The notes below the pieces were generated by a model. That model was not told where the DNA came from. It did not search any database and was given only the letters and a program-made list of their open reading frames with translations. A program made the position numbers and the translations under genes. 64,000 bases of DNA, taken from the sequence record NC_061448.1; one strand, given 5' to 3'. Positions 26,601 through 36,601 of the stretch are shown here, piece after piece; positions within the stretch are counted from its first letter, which is position 1; every line of letters starts with the position of its first letter.

Positions 26601-29514
26601 ACTTGAAGCGGTTAACGAACTCTACAGCACCACGCACACGAACACGCACACCGCCAATATCAACGTTGAACGTACCAGTTTGCAAATAGCTCAGGCCGAC
26701 GATGAAGATTGTGTTACGAGGTGACTGAGAGATCACATCGTACATACGTTCTTCGCCCCACGTGTTCACGGTGTCAGCAGTGATAGGCACTGCGTTCCAA
26801 CCGTTAACGATTTTGTGGAGGTCGTCACACCAGTTCGCTACGAGGTTAGACGGGCAGATGATCAGAGGACGAATTGTTTCTTCACCCAGGTCATCAAGCT
26901 CTTTGATAAGAGCAGCAATATCGGTCAGGCCAATAATCGTCTTACCACCGCCAGGCGCGATAAAGATTGTTGCGTAACGCGGACGACGACGCAGAGTTTT
27001 GTGCGCTTCGACCTGATGCGGCAGTAACGCTGCACCGTCTTTCAGACCCGGAATACGGATATCGTCAATCGTGATACCGCTGTCAGGTTTCAGGCGTTCG
27101 ATCTCAGTCTCAGCCGCTTCGAAAATCTCAAGAGACTTAGGAATCACATCGCTGTACATCGTAGCGAACGGCAGGATGATCTGTTGCAGACGACCAGAAC
27201 CCGGAGCTTCTTCGGTCTCAATCAGAGAACTGAACAGCTTCTTACGGTCAGCACGTACAAGCGCCTGAGTCATTTCACGATACACAGCACCACCGAAGTA
27301 GTTGTTGAGTCGTGCCATATCAGACAGCTTAGACTTCTCACCCATCACGAAGTAGTGAGTGTGCGACGGCAGAGATTCGGTTGCAGCCGTAATGCTTCCC
27401 ATCTCAGACAGAGAGGTTGCAATCAGGTTAGAGCCTCGCAGACCAGCAGCATCGTTCAGCACACGAATCATGATACGAATCATGGTCAGTGCAGGACGCT
27501 CGTTCGACATGTCAGGCACAGAGAAGTCATTAGCAATGAGGTTCTCGTACAGACCGCGATCCATCGGGCTTTCTTCAAGGGACGCGTTCTCTGCATCCAT
27601 GCCGATTGCTTTACGTGCGTTTTCCACCAGCGTTTTCAGGTCAGGAACTTGTTTGCTCTTGAGCATGAACTCGTAGGTCTGACACGTCTGCGCAATGATG
27701 TTCAGCAGCTCAGGCAGGTTAGAACCTTCGGTGGAGTTGTACTTGATCGTGGACTCACTCACACTCTCAATCAACTTACCGTTACCGGATTCAACTTTAG
27801 CAGCTTCAACCATCGTGTCGAATGACGGACGATACAGTGCCATGCCACCAGACGCTTGGTTGTGGTAGATGTTGCCAACCACGTTCGACACAGAACGGAA
27901 GTTCGGTGCTTCACCCGGCTCTGCGAAGTCGTAGCCTAAAGCATCAGCAACGTCGAGCGAGTTCGGTGCTTTCATACCGACAGTACGCGTTTCGTTAACT
28001 GCCAGCCCGCCACCATTAGAGGTGTTTACGATCAGCGAGAAGTCAGGGTCGATACCGATACACACGTCGCTGAAACGAGACAGAGACTTGGCTTTCGCCT
28101 GAATGTCACGGTCGAAGTCCAGATTGTTGTTCTGGATAGCGAACATGTTGGTACGCAGCGTGTCGTGCTCAGTAGACAGCGGAATGCCTTTCTCGAACAG
28201 GTCTTCAAGCACACCGTTCAATGAGGTTTCGTAGGTCTTCACCATCTCAACGTCAATGTCTTCACGACGAGGCAGAATAGCCATCGTGCCGTTTGGCATG
28301 ATAGTCATACCATTCTCGTCTGCGACCACATCGTTCACGGCGTAACCGAACTTTTCACGCAGCTTCTTCAACTCAGGCAGAGAAGTCGCAGACGTTACAT
28401 AGCGCGGGATACGTGCAGCACGAGTGATACCAGTACGAGTAGAACCAGCAACACGGAAGTAATAGCTCGCCCAGCCCTGGAACCAACGATACAGACACAT
28501 GGTCTGCGTATCAGCACCCTGAGAGACATACTCAACCATCTCTTTCTCGAAGTTAACAATCAGACCGCCTTCAACGCGAACGTCGGTGGCCAGTGCTACT
28601 TCGTTGAAATCGACAGGAGTGTCGTGGCTAATCTTCATCGCCTGAATCTTACGATCAATCATCTGTTTCCCAGGGATTGAACGAATGCCGATAGTCATGA
28701 AGTCGCCCAGACCATCAACTACAGACTTATCCAGATTGCGGAACAGGTCAATGTCAATGTTGTGCATTGACGGGTGGATAGAACGCAGCGCAGCATTGTA
28801 CACAGACCAGTCTTTATCCAGAGGGATGCGGATCATCTTGGTGTCGAATGCGTTACTGTTGGTGCGCTCAACGCCGAAGATATCCTTGTACAGAGTCTTC
28901 GCTACACGGATTGCTTGTTGTGCAATGTCCGCGCTGTAAGTGCGCAGGTTAGCGCTTTCGAAGTTCGCATCGTTGTCAACGCGAGGACGGTCGCTACCCT
29001 GATTGTTCAGAACGTTGAAGTTACCGTTCGAAGCAAGTGGGCTGGTGGGGCACGGAGTACCAGACATGATAATGTCTTTACCGCCAGGGAAGCGCGTACT
29101 GTTTTCGATGATAGCACCAGAGGAAGAAGACAGGTGCTCGGCGAGAGCAGTCTTAATCTCACGGCTGAGCTTATCACCGTTCAGCATCATGTTAATCTTG
29201 AGCGTCGCCGCATCAACGTTGTTCTTAACACGCTTAACGAAATCTTCAGGCGCAACTTCCAGCATGTCCTCGAACTCTGCACCGTTGATAACGATGTAGT
29301 TGATCAAGTCGAACGCTGCATAGATGCGAGCTACGGTTGACGCGGTGAACACTGCGAGGGCTTCGTAGTTACGACGAGACTTCCCTGTAGCGTACATTTT
29401 CGACATTTTAGCGTCGAACTCGGGCGGCAACGGACGAATAGCAAGCGCCTGATTAAACGTATCGGCGATTTGCTGAGTCGCTGTTGCTGACACACTAATC
29501 ATCTGATTCATCAT
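23662..29514 (-). CDS. Giant SNF2-family ATPase/helicase (1950 aa)
   Basis: LLPHQ, APGGGKT, LLDESH, ATGT, SEGHNMQ, WSPGTYDQSTARIFR. About 820-aa unknown N-terminal extension and about 450-aa C-terminal extension. Confidence 0.9.
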   Translation of the reverse strand: MMNQMISVSATATQQIADTFNQALAIRPLPPEFDAKMSKMYATGKSRRNYEALAVFTASTVARIYAAFDLINYIVINGAEFEDMLEVAPEDFVKRVKNNVDAATLKINMMLNGDKLSREIKTALAEHLSSSSGAIIENSTRFPGGKDIIMSGTPCPTSPLASNGNFNVLNNQGSDRPRVDNDANFESANLRTYSADIAQQAIRVAKTLYKDIFGVERTNSNAFDTKMIRIPLDKDWSVYNAALRSIHPSMHNIDIDLFRNLDKSVVDGLGDFMTIGIRSIPGKQMIDRKIQAMKISHDTPVDFNEVALATDVRVEGGLIVNFEKEMVEYVSQGADTQTMCLYRWFQGWASYYFRVAGSTRTGITRAARIPRYVTSATSLPELKKLREKFGYAVNDVVADENGMTIMPNGTMAILPRREDIDVEMVKTYETSLNGVLEDLFEKGIPLSTEHDTLRTNMFAIQNNNLDFDRDIQAKAKSLSRFSDVCIGIDPDFSLIVNTSNGGGLAVNETRTVGMKAPNSLDVADALGYDFAEPGEAPNFRSVSNVVGNIYHNQASGGMALYRPSFDTMVEAAKVESGNGKLIESVSESTIKYNSTEGSNLPELLNIIAQTCQTYEFMLKSKQVPDLKTLVENARKAIGMDAENASLEESPMDRGLYENLIANDFSVPDMSNERPALTMIRIMIRVLNDAAGLRGSNLIATSLSEMGSITAATESLPSHTHYFVMGEKSKLSDMARLNNYFGGAVYREMTQALVRADRKKLFSSLIETEEAPGSGRLQQIILPFATMYSDVIPKSLEIFEAAETEIERLKPDSGITIDDIRIPGLKDGAALLPHQVEAHKTLRRRPRYATIFIAPGGGKTIIGLTDIAALIKELDDLGEETIRPLIICPSNLVANWCDDLHKIVNGWNAVPITADTVNTWGEERMYDVISQSPRNTIFIVGLSYLQTGTFNVDIGGVRVRVRGAVEFVNRFKFSYVLLDESHKVKNFSGGQSGSQVHFNTKAVFTAPSVRYARIATGTLVTDRVRDIVGQAALMTPAMFGDSLDVAYDGAKDDIEMIRRAHSRMANHTAFISFKRKHWAFMLPNPIDTFIQVEIDDPSVPNSALHQEVYNAMYAEVLEKLDEAAKNAKKKSGGSNDDDDEDAGGAESDSTSDIDEDEIEEGDDLGALLAGNADLNMYFQRMEMMLTDPMGDDVARMTFEAAGVTNFVSAKVLTIIDRIKKHFEVQPERDPMIKEQQIFEWKPGVQPRELDIAVYNGQKYLARKQSDEFQRQDLPPSMTPPPDDPEYWKPEVQGKLIVFTRYVRAANAIYNALPANYKKVAVVYHGEVGKLGQNKDANLDAFKTDNNVQILIANEQAISEGHNMQMGSRIIRCDTPWSPGTYDQSTARIFRPDVAAAKLDENGKPGDMAREVVFIDWVMTNKTLEVGKVARLMWKTLEKTRFDEKGNQRYEALDQYKLDPIKMSAKLLIDNNTMDDFLPYFHAKRDLNEIESQEFQEMRKTTIAAMQALPSTPALNDFRVMEQTPLVANQKIPDRNGWGTERILDWARNRNFTSGEGLKDSLNRAPVVTEFGNGVVVSVTVRMVDGKLRGDSPISTVRIRLAGTGETVAVPATKVHIATKVDKNDLKRFFEQRKPWANEKDRKRATAEANRVEVEDTVLDETQTADTKETEKKVEAQARKAARVAKRVANKEEGKPINEGVEEAAKKVRRRKPSELKVLDNTTRRAKPGTIVPLDDMGGADMALELTPTVYNGFVALYADATDPDAKALKGFDFTEFGDYVYYDCAYYDDFVAMLDFIEGKKLSFDRMSEKRLEFIQDSFDETHSRMGFNYKLAVKLQSQLQQFFLVRHKSATDKKHVKAYPMVMEDRLRIMFDLKTNPQMKRFVGTKVPNTRKFGTFDLSPGMWIGFVKNAAGAKARINKIVKAGYTITNIKKAIQGIDKLKLTASKNKSV

Positions 29515-30005
29515 TCACCCAGTTTGGTATAGTTGTCGATTACTGATTGCCACACGCTTGGTACAGGCAGGCGTCGATCAGCAGCGATATCGGACAGCAC
29601 TACTGCCAGAGCATAGGCGCGAAGAGGGTTAAGCCCTTCGAACTTATCGCGCGTAAACACAGACATGAGTTGATCGTTAGTCAGTGTCTGATATTGAGCG
29701 CGGTACTCTGCCACGTAAGCACGGTACTTGCCGTCATCAACTGGCGTTGTATCAGGTACGCTTCGAATGGACAGCAGCGCTTTCGCAAGAGCATCCATAA
29801 TCAAGAGCAGATCAGCCTGATCATACGGAGTGATATCCGGCACGTTAGAACGGCCCAGCAGTTCGAGAACTGACTCAGGCAGTTGAATAGGCGTTTGCGC
29901 CTCGGACAAAGACTTCATGATTCCGTCTGCCGCATTTGCGTAGCGCTTATCGCTTGTCGCAATGCTGGACAGCAGAGTATGAAGCCGCGAGTTTACGTCA
30001 ATCAC
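29511..30005 (-). CDS. Hypothetical protein (GTG start)
   Basis: AGGAG SD upstream of GTG at 30005; the track's 30128 start overlaps the upstream gene. Confidence 0.6.
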   Translation of the reverse strand: MIDVNSRLHTLLSSIATSDKRYANAADGIMKSLSEAQTPIQLPESVLELLGRSNVPDITPYDQADLLLIMDALAKALLSIRSVPDTTPVDDGKYRAYVAEYRAQYQTLTNDQLMSVFTRDKFEGLNPLRAYALAVVLSDIAADRRLPVPSVWQSVIDNYTKLGE

Positions 30006-30015
30006 GGTTCTTCTC

Positions 30016-30798
30016 CTAAATAAATATGCTCTTGACCAAAGTGTTGAGCCTCTTCTCCACAGCATGACGTTTGTACGAGGACAGGAAGCAACATAGTCTG
30101 CGTGATTGTAGGTGCAGCGCAATCGCATTACCCTTCACTCGCATACAATCCACACCCAGGTCAAGACTCCAAGGATGCCACGCACGAGGCGCAAGCATTG
30201 CCTGTTGAATTGTTGGGTAAGTGTCCGGCACAACAGGCAATGGAGACTTTGCCAGTTTCTTAGTCAAATTATCAGTTTTGAACAAAGCCTTTGGTTCTTT
30301 GTTCGAAAACCAGTAAGGAACCTGCTTGTGAAGTATCTCCCCAACTTTAGGGATACCCCCACGAGTTGTCTGAGGCACATACACCAGATAAATATCGATC
30401 GTGGTGTTGATGCAGTTGGCAACTCGGTTATAGTCGCTATCGGTTCGACTATGTACTTCCGCCAGACGAAACTTGTTGCTGAACTCAATACGTTGCAGCC
30501 ACTGTTTCAGGTCACGCTGTTGGAGTTTCAGCAGCGTCTTCGCCTGTTCGATAGAGTGCTTCGTGATTGGCGGTACAGGACGAATCAGAAACTGAGTGCT
30601 GGTCTTTGCGAGAGAAGACAAGAAGCCTTCAACTACGCGCTGCATACCGAGAGGCTGAGGCAGTGAGTGAAACAGATCAACCGCAGTCTGCGTAGAGATG
30701 TATGCTCCCCACGCTTCGATATACTCAGGGCTAACGCAGTCAGGGAAGTTGCGTAAGTCCAACCCTACGTCTGAGCCATAACGTTTCAAACGACTCAC
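30016..30798 (-). CDS. Hypothetical protein (260 aa)
   Basis: GGAGG SD; 4-nt overlap with the HNH gene. Confidence 0.6.
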   Translation of the reverse strand: MSRLKRYGSDVGLDLRNFPDCVSPEYIEAWGAYISTQTAVDLFHSLPQPLGMQRVVEGFLSSLAKTSTQFLIRPVPPITKHSIEQAKTLLKLQQRDLKQWLQRIEFSNKFRLAEVHSRTDSDYNRVANCINTTIDIYLVYVPQTTRGGIPKVGEILHKQVPYWFSNKEPKALFKTDNLTKKLAKSPLPVVPDTYPTIQQAMLAPRAWHPWSLDLGVDCMRVKGNAIALHLQSRRLCCFLSSYKRHAVEKRLNTLVKSIFI

Positions 30799-31160
30799 CG
30801 TTTACCTCCATGAAGCAATCTTGAACCACGGCGGTTGTCAGAGCCAATCTGGTTGTTGTCACAGTTATGGCACAACAGTTCAAGGTTGTGCTTCATGTTC
30901 GAACCGCCTTTGGCATGTCCAACTTTGTGGTTAAGAATAAGCTGTGCGGTTGGTACGCCACAGCGCTCACAGAATTGACCACGCTCGTCGATGATACTCA
31001 TTTTAAGACGAGTCCAGTCAGCTCTGTCCATGCGAACGTGTGTGCCAGCGCGAGCACGTTCAAATCCAGTAACACCTGCAAGACGCTGTGACGTAGACAG
31101 GCTTCTGCCTCGACCACCCATAGTTCTTGCAGCAATACCACCCTTAGGTCTGTATGCCAT
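30795..31160 (-). CDS. HNH endonuclease (zinc-binding HNHc type)
   Basis: CERCG...LNHKVGHAKGGSN...NLELLCHNC. Confidence 0.85.
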   Translation of the reverse strand: MAYRPKGGIAARTMGGRGRSLSTSQRLAGVTGFERARAGTHVRMDRADWTRLKMSIIDERGQFCERCGVPTAQLILNHKVGHAKGGSNMKHNLELLCHNCDNNQIGSDNRRGSRLLHGGKR

Positions 31161-31183
31161 ATTGTTCTCCTAGATAACAGTTC

Positions 31184-31192
31184 TATTTACAG
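31184..31192 (-). promoter_or_regulatory. CTGTAAATA motif upstream of the HNH gene
   Basis: Exact intergenic copy. Confidence 0.65.
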
Positions 31193-31194
31193 AC

Positions 31195-32025
31195 TTAGGC
31201 GCTCGCACTGAATATCTGTACGGTCTTCGTCAGACCCGCTTGATAGGACTGTTCAATGTCTTTCGCTGCACGACGGACGATGTTCTCTACTGCGTTTTGT
31301 GCTGCGTTCACAAGCTCAATAGGCAGGTTCTTTTTATTCCACGCATTGACTTGGTGGAACACGCTCACCAGAATAGTACCTGACGATTCAGCGAACGGAC
31401 CGAGAACTTCTTCGTTCAGAATCTCACCCAGCTGACCAACATCGCGCAACGCACGAAGGTCTGCGATGATCTCACGCATCTGGTCATAGAGTTTCATCAG
31501 TGCATAAACATCGCGGCTTTGCTTCTTATCCAGATACAACTTCTCGCACTCACGTGCCATAGCCTGACACTGCGTAAACATCGTCATGTATTCTTGTATC
31601 TGATCATTCTCTTGCTTGATAACGTCAGGTACATCGGCCATAGCTTCGAGGAACTGACCTTCTAGTGCGGCCACATCCTTGCTCAAACTCTTTTTATCTT
31701 TCTTCTTTTTCTTCTTGATCGTGTCTACTGCGTTCTCTTTCTTTTTCTTTTTCTTCGGCTTCTTCACAGACTCGGCATCAGGAGCAGGAAGAGCCTTGAT
31801 TGCCCTTTGAGTAGCTGCAATGTCAGAATAGAAATCACCAGCATCGGTGTTCTGAGGCAGCAAATCCTTCGAAGGATCAGACTTCTTTTTCTTCTTGACC
31901 TTAACGCCTTTGCTAACTGTCTTAGCTTTCTTGACGGTGGTCTTAGCTTTAACTTTCGCTTTGCTCTTTTTCTTTTCGACAGGCTGTGCGAAAGAGCCAA
32001 TGTCATCCAAGCTTATGGCCGCCAT
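31195..32025 (-). CDS. Hypothetical protein with poly-Lys N-terminal half and helical C-terminal domain
   Basis: KKKKSKAKVKAK, KKPKKKKKKE and KKKKKKDKK tracts; GAGG SD. Confidence 0.65.
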   Translation of the reverse strand: MAAISLDDIGSFAQPVEKKKSKAKVKAKTTVKKAKTVSKGVKVKKKKKSDPSKDLLPQNTDAGDFYSDIAATQRAIKALPAPDAESVKKPKKKKKKENAVDTIKKKKKKDKKSLSKDVAALEGQFLEAMADVPDVIKQENDQIQEYMTMFTQCQAMARECEKLYLDKKQSRDVYALMKLYDQMREIIADLRALRDVGQLGEILNEEVLGPFAESSGTILVSVFHQVNAWNKKNLPIELVNAAQNAVENIVRRAAKDIEQSYQAGLTKTVQIFSASA

Positions 32026-32047
32026 GTGAAAATCCTCGATAGAAATG

Positions 32048-32075
32048 AAAAAGGGAACCCCGCGAGGCTCCCTTT
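32048..32075 (-). terminator. Rho-independent terminator
   Basis: AAAGGGAGCC-TCGC-GGGGTTCCCTTTTTCATTTC on the minus strand. Confidence 0.65.
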
Positions 32076-32084
32076 AGGGTTTGA

Positions 32085-32891
32085 TTAGAAGCTGTGACCT
32101 TTGATGATCGCTGCAATCTTACCGTAGTATTCCGGGCTGTAGCGGAACACTTTAGCGTAGTAGTCCAGCAGCTTCGGTACGTCAACGCCAGCGGCAGCAG
32201 ACACGCTATCGATCTCTGGGAACTGGCGCTCGTCCAGCTCGGTGCCAGACAGCACAGCTACCATGCTCATGGAGCTGATCTGTTCTTCGGTACCCTGCTC
32301 GTCAACAACGAGGAAGGAATTGTCGTCAGTCACGTTAGCAGCAACGAAACCAACTTTCAGATCACCAGAGTTAGACACGAAGCTAATCATGTCGCCACCA
32401 ACAGCGCCGGCCAGTACCAGTTCGTTCTGCGCGATAGCATGTGCCAGAGTAGGCATAGAGCTTGACAGCGCGACAGCAGAAGCACCAGACACAGAACGAA
32501 TCATATCGATCAGTTCAGAGTTGTCGTTAGCGCTGGATTCGCGTACCAGAACGTCTTCACCGCTTTCGCTGCGACGTACTGCCCACATGCGCTCTGACTT
32601 GTCCATGTACATGTTCTTGGACAGCGCCTGGAACTCGTCACCCATCTGAGACACAGGGATAACGTCCTGCATACGATTCAGAATGGTACGAACGAAGCTG
32701 GTGGTTTTACCCTGATCGATCATAGACGATGCACCAGCAACAGGCATGTATTCGCGGTTGCAGGAAGCGCTTACGATAGCACCGAAGTTGTCTGCGATGT
32801 TCTCGCCGACGTTGTGAGTCACTTGCACGATGGCCACGCTCTGGTTGTCGTTAAGCGGGTCGATCTGTTTGATGAAAGCCTTCATTGTCAT
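32085..32891 (-). CDS. Hypothetical protein, probably virion (268 aa)
   Basis: AGGAG SD, highly biased codons, TAATTT upstream. Confidence 0.65.
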   Translation of the reverse strand: MTMKAFIKQIDPLNDNQSVAIVQVTHNVGENIADNFGAIVSASCNREYMPVAGASSMIDQGKTTSFVRTILNRMQDVIPVSQMGDEFQALSKNMYMDKSERMWAVRRSESGEDVLVRESSANDNSELIDMIRSVSGASAVALSSSMPTLAHAIAQNELVLAGAVGGDMISFVSNSGDLKVGFVAANVTDDNSFLVVDEQGTEEQISSMSMVAVLSGTELDERQFPEIDSVSAAAGVDVPKLLDYYAKVFRYSPEYYGKIAAIIKGHSF

Positions 32892-32933
32892 CTCCTGAAT
32901 GTTTCGACAATATGAAATTAGTAAACTTAGGGT

Positions 32934-34130
32934 TTAGCCTGTCACGCGATACCGCGCATTGACCCAGATACTGCGGTTACCAACAGTAGCCCATTTGGTG
33001 GTTGGGCTGTTTGTGATGCCGAGCTTGCCAAGTGCGCGAGCACCGTCAATCGCACCAGAACCCTGAGAACCATCACCGTCGTTGATTCCGGCCTTAGACA
33101 GTTTGTTCTTCAAGTTCGTAACAGGACCTTGAATCTCCGTTTCGAGTCTGCCTAAAGCAGCTTCGATAGAAGGTGTTCGGTCCATGTTTAAGTTAACGAC
33201 TTGACCAGTGAAGTCAAACGCTAACTGTCCTTCTGCCTGTAGCTGGGCTGCAAGTGCATAGTAGCAACTACAGATTACCCAGCCGTTCAGGATAGTACCC
33301 TGCATGTTCGTACCGTTAAAGCCGGTAACACGAGGGCCGATAGTGTTGAACAGCGCAAGACCACGATACAGGTAGTTCATGATGTCGGCTTGAGTGTACT
33401 CCAGTTCAGGAATAACGTTCATAGCGCGAGCTTTGTTGATGTGGTCTTCAACCATCGACGCTGCGATAAGAATCTGAGGCGTTACTGCCCACAGCTTATA
33501 CGTCAGCATCTTAGTGGTCTTGCGTGTTGCAGAGGTGTAGTGTGCGATTAAGCTGATAGGCTCAAGGCGACGAGTCGCAACCCACACAGGCACTTGAAAC
33601 ACACAGGTCTTGGCGCGGTTAACAATCATCTTCACACCCGCATCGCCGGAGTCGATATCGGATGCAACGATTTGGTTGTTGAGTGCGAGTTGGAATCTCA
33701 GCTTATCACCACGCGTGTCAAAGTGAAACGGCAACGTCATCTCAAACGTTTCGTTGTCACCGAACAGCGTCACAATATCTGTCACACGGTTCTCAGTCAG
33801 TGGCTCGACGGTGAGCTCCTGACTCGACTGCATGATTCCTTCTTCGGACTCATAGCGCCATTTGACTGTCAGACGTTTATCGTCCACCAGCCCCATGTTC
33901 GGTATTGCAACATCAGCAGTCCAGTAGCCCGGCACTTCACCGGGCGTTGCGACTACTTGAGCCAGCACTGATTTGTCTTCGGGGTCAATGAGACTTACTA
34001 CAGGTCCCATGTCATCCGATAGAGGATAAACAGGCTGGTCTAGATCATCGAAGAAACTCTCTTCAAGGACCAGTACGTTACCTTCTGTTGTGCGCATATC
34101 AGTCTGCCTTAGTGAGTCCCAGATACTCAA
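32934..34130 (-). CDS. Hypothetical protein, possibly head/neck structural (398 aa)
   Basis: Long ORF in a probable late operon; function not recognised. Confidence 0.6.
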   Translation of the reverse strand: MSIWDSLRQTDMRTTEGNVLVLEESFFDDLDQPVYPLSDDMGPVVSLIDPEDKSVLAQVVATPGEVPGYWTADVAIPNMGLVDDKRLTVKWRYESEEGIMQSSQELTVEPLTENRVTDIVTLFGDNETFEMTLPFHFDTRGDKLRFQLALNNQIVASDIDSGDAGVKMIVNRAKTCVFQVPVWVATRRLEPISLIAHYTSATRKTTKMLTYKLWAVTPQILIAASMVEDHINKARAMNVIPELEYTQADIMNYLYRGLALFNTIGPRVTGFNGTNMQGTILNGWVICSCYYALAAQLQAEGQLAFDFTGQVVNLNMDRTPSIEAALGRLETEIQGPVTNLKNKLSKAGINDGDGSQGSGAIDGARALGKLGITNSPTTKWATVGNRSIWVNARYRVTG

Positions 34131-35205
34131 TCAGATTGCGTAGCTGGTCGTTATACCCACCTTCAATAAGCGCTCGTGCCATTGCAACGTGGTTCGAGTT
34201 CGCTGTACGCACTACCTTAGCCTGATACTCAGGAACGTTCTGCATGTTCTGACTCAGGTTGTAGAAGTAACTGCGCACGAAGTTGGTTCGCTCAACGTTG
34301 CTTGCTTCCATGTCGCTTGTGTCTTGCGTAGGAGTCAGCAGCAGATAGAGCGCTGCAAGCAGTTCAGGACTTTGATCAATGACAGGCGATGCCAGCGAAG
34401 CAGCAATCTTCATCAGGCCCTTCGCAACAAAATCAACCACAGTCTTTTCGATGAACTCCGTACCGGCTTTACCTACGTTAGGCAGATACAGTCCAGGCAA
34501 GATGAAGATACAGAAGTAAAGAGGAAAGTCTTTACGCATCACGTCGGGGATAAGCATCTCCGAGTAGTCTTTCCAGATGTTGATATTGAAGTGCCATTCA
34601 TCGTAAGGCACAGTACGCATCAGGTTCGACACAGACAGGTCTTTCACGAGGTTCGCCTGCGATGCAAGATCGCGAGCGCTCTGCGAAGGAGCAAGGTTAG
34701 AACTCGACACAAGCTGAACGTAGTTGCGTGTCACAGCACCTACAGAGTTGTACACAACGTTCAACATCTCAACACCATTACCGTTCAGGCCAAAGATGAC
34801 AGAACGAGGAAGACCGATAGTGATGTACTCGTTATTGTTCTCGACACCCCACAGTCTCCAGTAGCGGCCACGACCAAGTTGAGTCATAGGCGGCGGGAGA
34901 ATACGATTAGCGCGAGGTTTCAGGCAGAACGTGAACGCAATGCCACTGTCAATCATGATCACTGAATCATCAGGACGATTCGAATAACCCATCGACATGT
35001 TGTTGTCAGTGCTGTACACGTTTACCAGAGTGAAGTTCAGAGCCTTGGTGAAAGGCATCTGCGCTTCAATCAAATAGCCGAGAACTTGACGAACGATAGT
35101 ATCAAGCACATAAGGAGAAGCGTTACGCATTTGATTCGGACGATACTGCCCGCTATACGTATTCTCCTTGAATGTGCGATCTACCTTGAAGTGCGTCAAC
35201 GCCAT
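34099..35205 (-). CDS. Hypothetical protein (368 aa)
   Basis: Long ORF coupled to its neighbours. Confidence 0.65.
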   Translation of the reverse strand: MALTHFKVDRTFKENTYSGQYRPNQMRNASPYVLDTIVRQVLGYLIEAQMPFTKALNFTLVNVYSTDNNMSMGYSNRPDDSVIMIDSGIAFTFCLKPRANRILPPPMTQLGRGRYWRLWGVENNNEYITIGLPRSVIFGLNGNGVEMLNVVYNSVGAVTRNYVQLVSSSNLAPSQSARDLASQANLVKDLSVSNLMRTVPYDEWHFNINIWKDYSEMLIPDVMRKDFPLYFCIFILPGLYLPNVGKAGTEFIEKTVVDFVAKGLMKIAASLASPVIDQSPELLAALYLLLTPTQDTSDMEASNVERTNFVRSYFYNLSQNMQNVPEYQAKVVRTANSNHVAMARALIEGGYNDQLRNLIEYLGLTKAD

Positions 35206-36494
35206 TACTTAACAGACTGTTTCAGCAGGCGTTTCTGTTGCGGGTTCAGGCCCATGACGTCTGCAATCTCGTCGATCTTACGCAGAGTCAGGACGCCCTT
35301 CGCAGTGCCACCGCTACCAGTCAGTGAGACTTTAACGAACTCACGACCGTTACGGCCAGTTACCATCTGATGCACGATGCTGTTCTTGCCGCCGCGACCA
35401 GCGCGAAGTGCGGTAGATGCCATGCCCAGGATTTCGGTAACAGCTTCTTTCTTCTCGGTAGGGCTGAGGCCCGGAGCGAGTCGAACGTACAGGCTGTCGT
35501 TCTGCACACGCACGTTGTCGAAGATTTCTTTCTTACGACCGCGAATGGTGTGTTGCTGATTGCCCAGCAGCGTCGTGTCACGCAGGTTCTGCGTTGAACG
35601 ATTGATAGGCTTACGCTCGCTGTAGTTCAAGAATCCGTCGAGAGCCATCAGGTGGTTGATGGTACGCTTCATCTCAGGAGCAGTTGCAATCTGACGACCC
35701 ATAGGGAATGAGCCAGGGACTTTCTCGTCAACGAGTGACGTCAGGAAGTTTTCGCTGATACCGCTTGCGACCGCGATCGTGGTAGACAGTACCAGAGCAT
35801 AGTTCGGGTAGTGCATACCGTCTGAGTTCACGAAGTTATCAATGAACACATAGGTCTGGAAGCAGATAGGGTCAGTGCCGGACGCGATGAAAGTACGAGT
35901 ACGAATCTTCGAATAGTCTTCTTTATTCAGAATCTTCGACAGGTAGTTAGCGATAGTCGCAGCCAGCTTGGTGTGTTCTTTAGGAGCGCCGTTCTTAACG
36001 TCGATGCTCATAAGTTTAACCAGTTTGGTCTGCTGATCTTTCGCCTGTGCGATAACGTTAAGCAGAGACTTCGCGGCGGTGTTCTGATCTTTGAACGCGC
36101 TGAAAGTTTTGCTGCTGAGAATCTGGTACGCAACAGACAGTTCACCGATTGCCTGACTGAGTTGACTCACCTGATTGTTGTACTGCGCTTTGTTGCGTAC
36201 ATCGGTGATGTCAATCTTAGACAGGTCGATAACCTGATTCAGGTCAATCGCTTTTGTCTGCTTGCCTTTGATGGAGCCTTCGATATCGGACAGCTCAATA
36301 GCTTTAGCGCTGACAGACAGAAGGTGCTTAGGGATAACGACGCTTTGTGCAGTCGCTACTACGCGGTCGAGCACGTTACGGAACTCTTTCGCTGTACGAG
36401 CACCGCGCAGGGCAGCCATGTTCCCAGAGCTATAGTCAACAGATGCGCTGATACTGCTAACTTCATTGTTTTTGGCAGTCTTAGCCATGATCAT
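35205..36494 (-). CDS. Hypothetical protein with N-terminal SSISAS motif (candidate head protein)
   Basis: GAGGA SD, TAATTT upstream, basic composition. Confidence 0.65.
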   Translation of the reverse strand: MIMAKTAKNNEVSSISASVDYSSGNMAALRGARTAKEFRNVLDRVVATAQSVVIPKHLLSVSAKAIELSDIEGSIKGKQTKAIDLNQVIDLSKIDITDVRNKAQYNNQVSQLSQAIGELSVAYQILSSKTFSAFKDQNTAAKSLLNVIAQAKDQQTKLVKLMSIDVKNGAPKEHTKLAATIANYLSKILNKEDYSKIRTRTFIASGTDPICFQTYVFIDNFVNSDGMHYPNYALVLSTTIAVASGISENFLTSLVDEKVPGSFPMGRQIATAPEMKRTINHLMALDGFLNYSERKPINRSTQNLRDTTLLGNQQHTIRGRKKEIFDNVRVQNDSLYVRLAPGLSPTEKKEAVTEILGMASTALRAGRGGKNSIVHQMVTGRNGREFVKVSLTGSGGTAKGVLTLRKIDEIADVMGLNPQQKRLLKQSVK

Positions 36495-36601
36495 CCTCTA
36501 CTGGGTCTAGTAATCATATCGAGTAAAAATTAGCGACTAAGGGCTGATTTACCCAACATAGTGTTCGTACTGACTTTACAAAATTTAGGGCATGTGAACG
36601 C

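Noticed and set aside
18813-29514. Possible inteins or introns in the polymerase or SNF2 genes
   Set aside because: Both frames are continuous, and I saw no C/S...HN-C/S/T splice junctions or LAGLIDADG motifs.
30795-31160. HNH as a mobile homing endonuclease
   Set aside because: Short zinc-binding HNHc with its own motif and SD, not interrupting a gene; nothing shows mobility.
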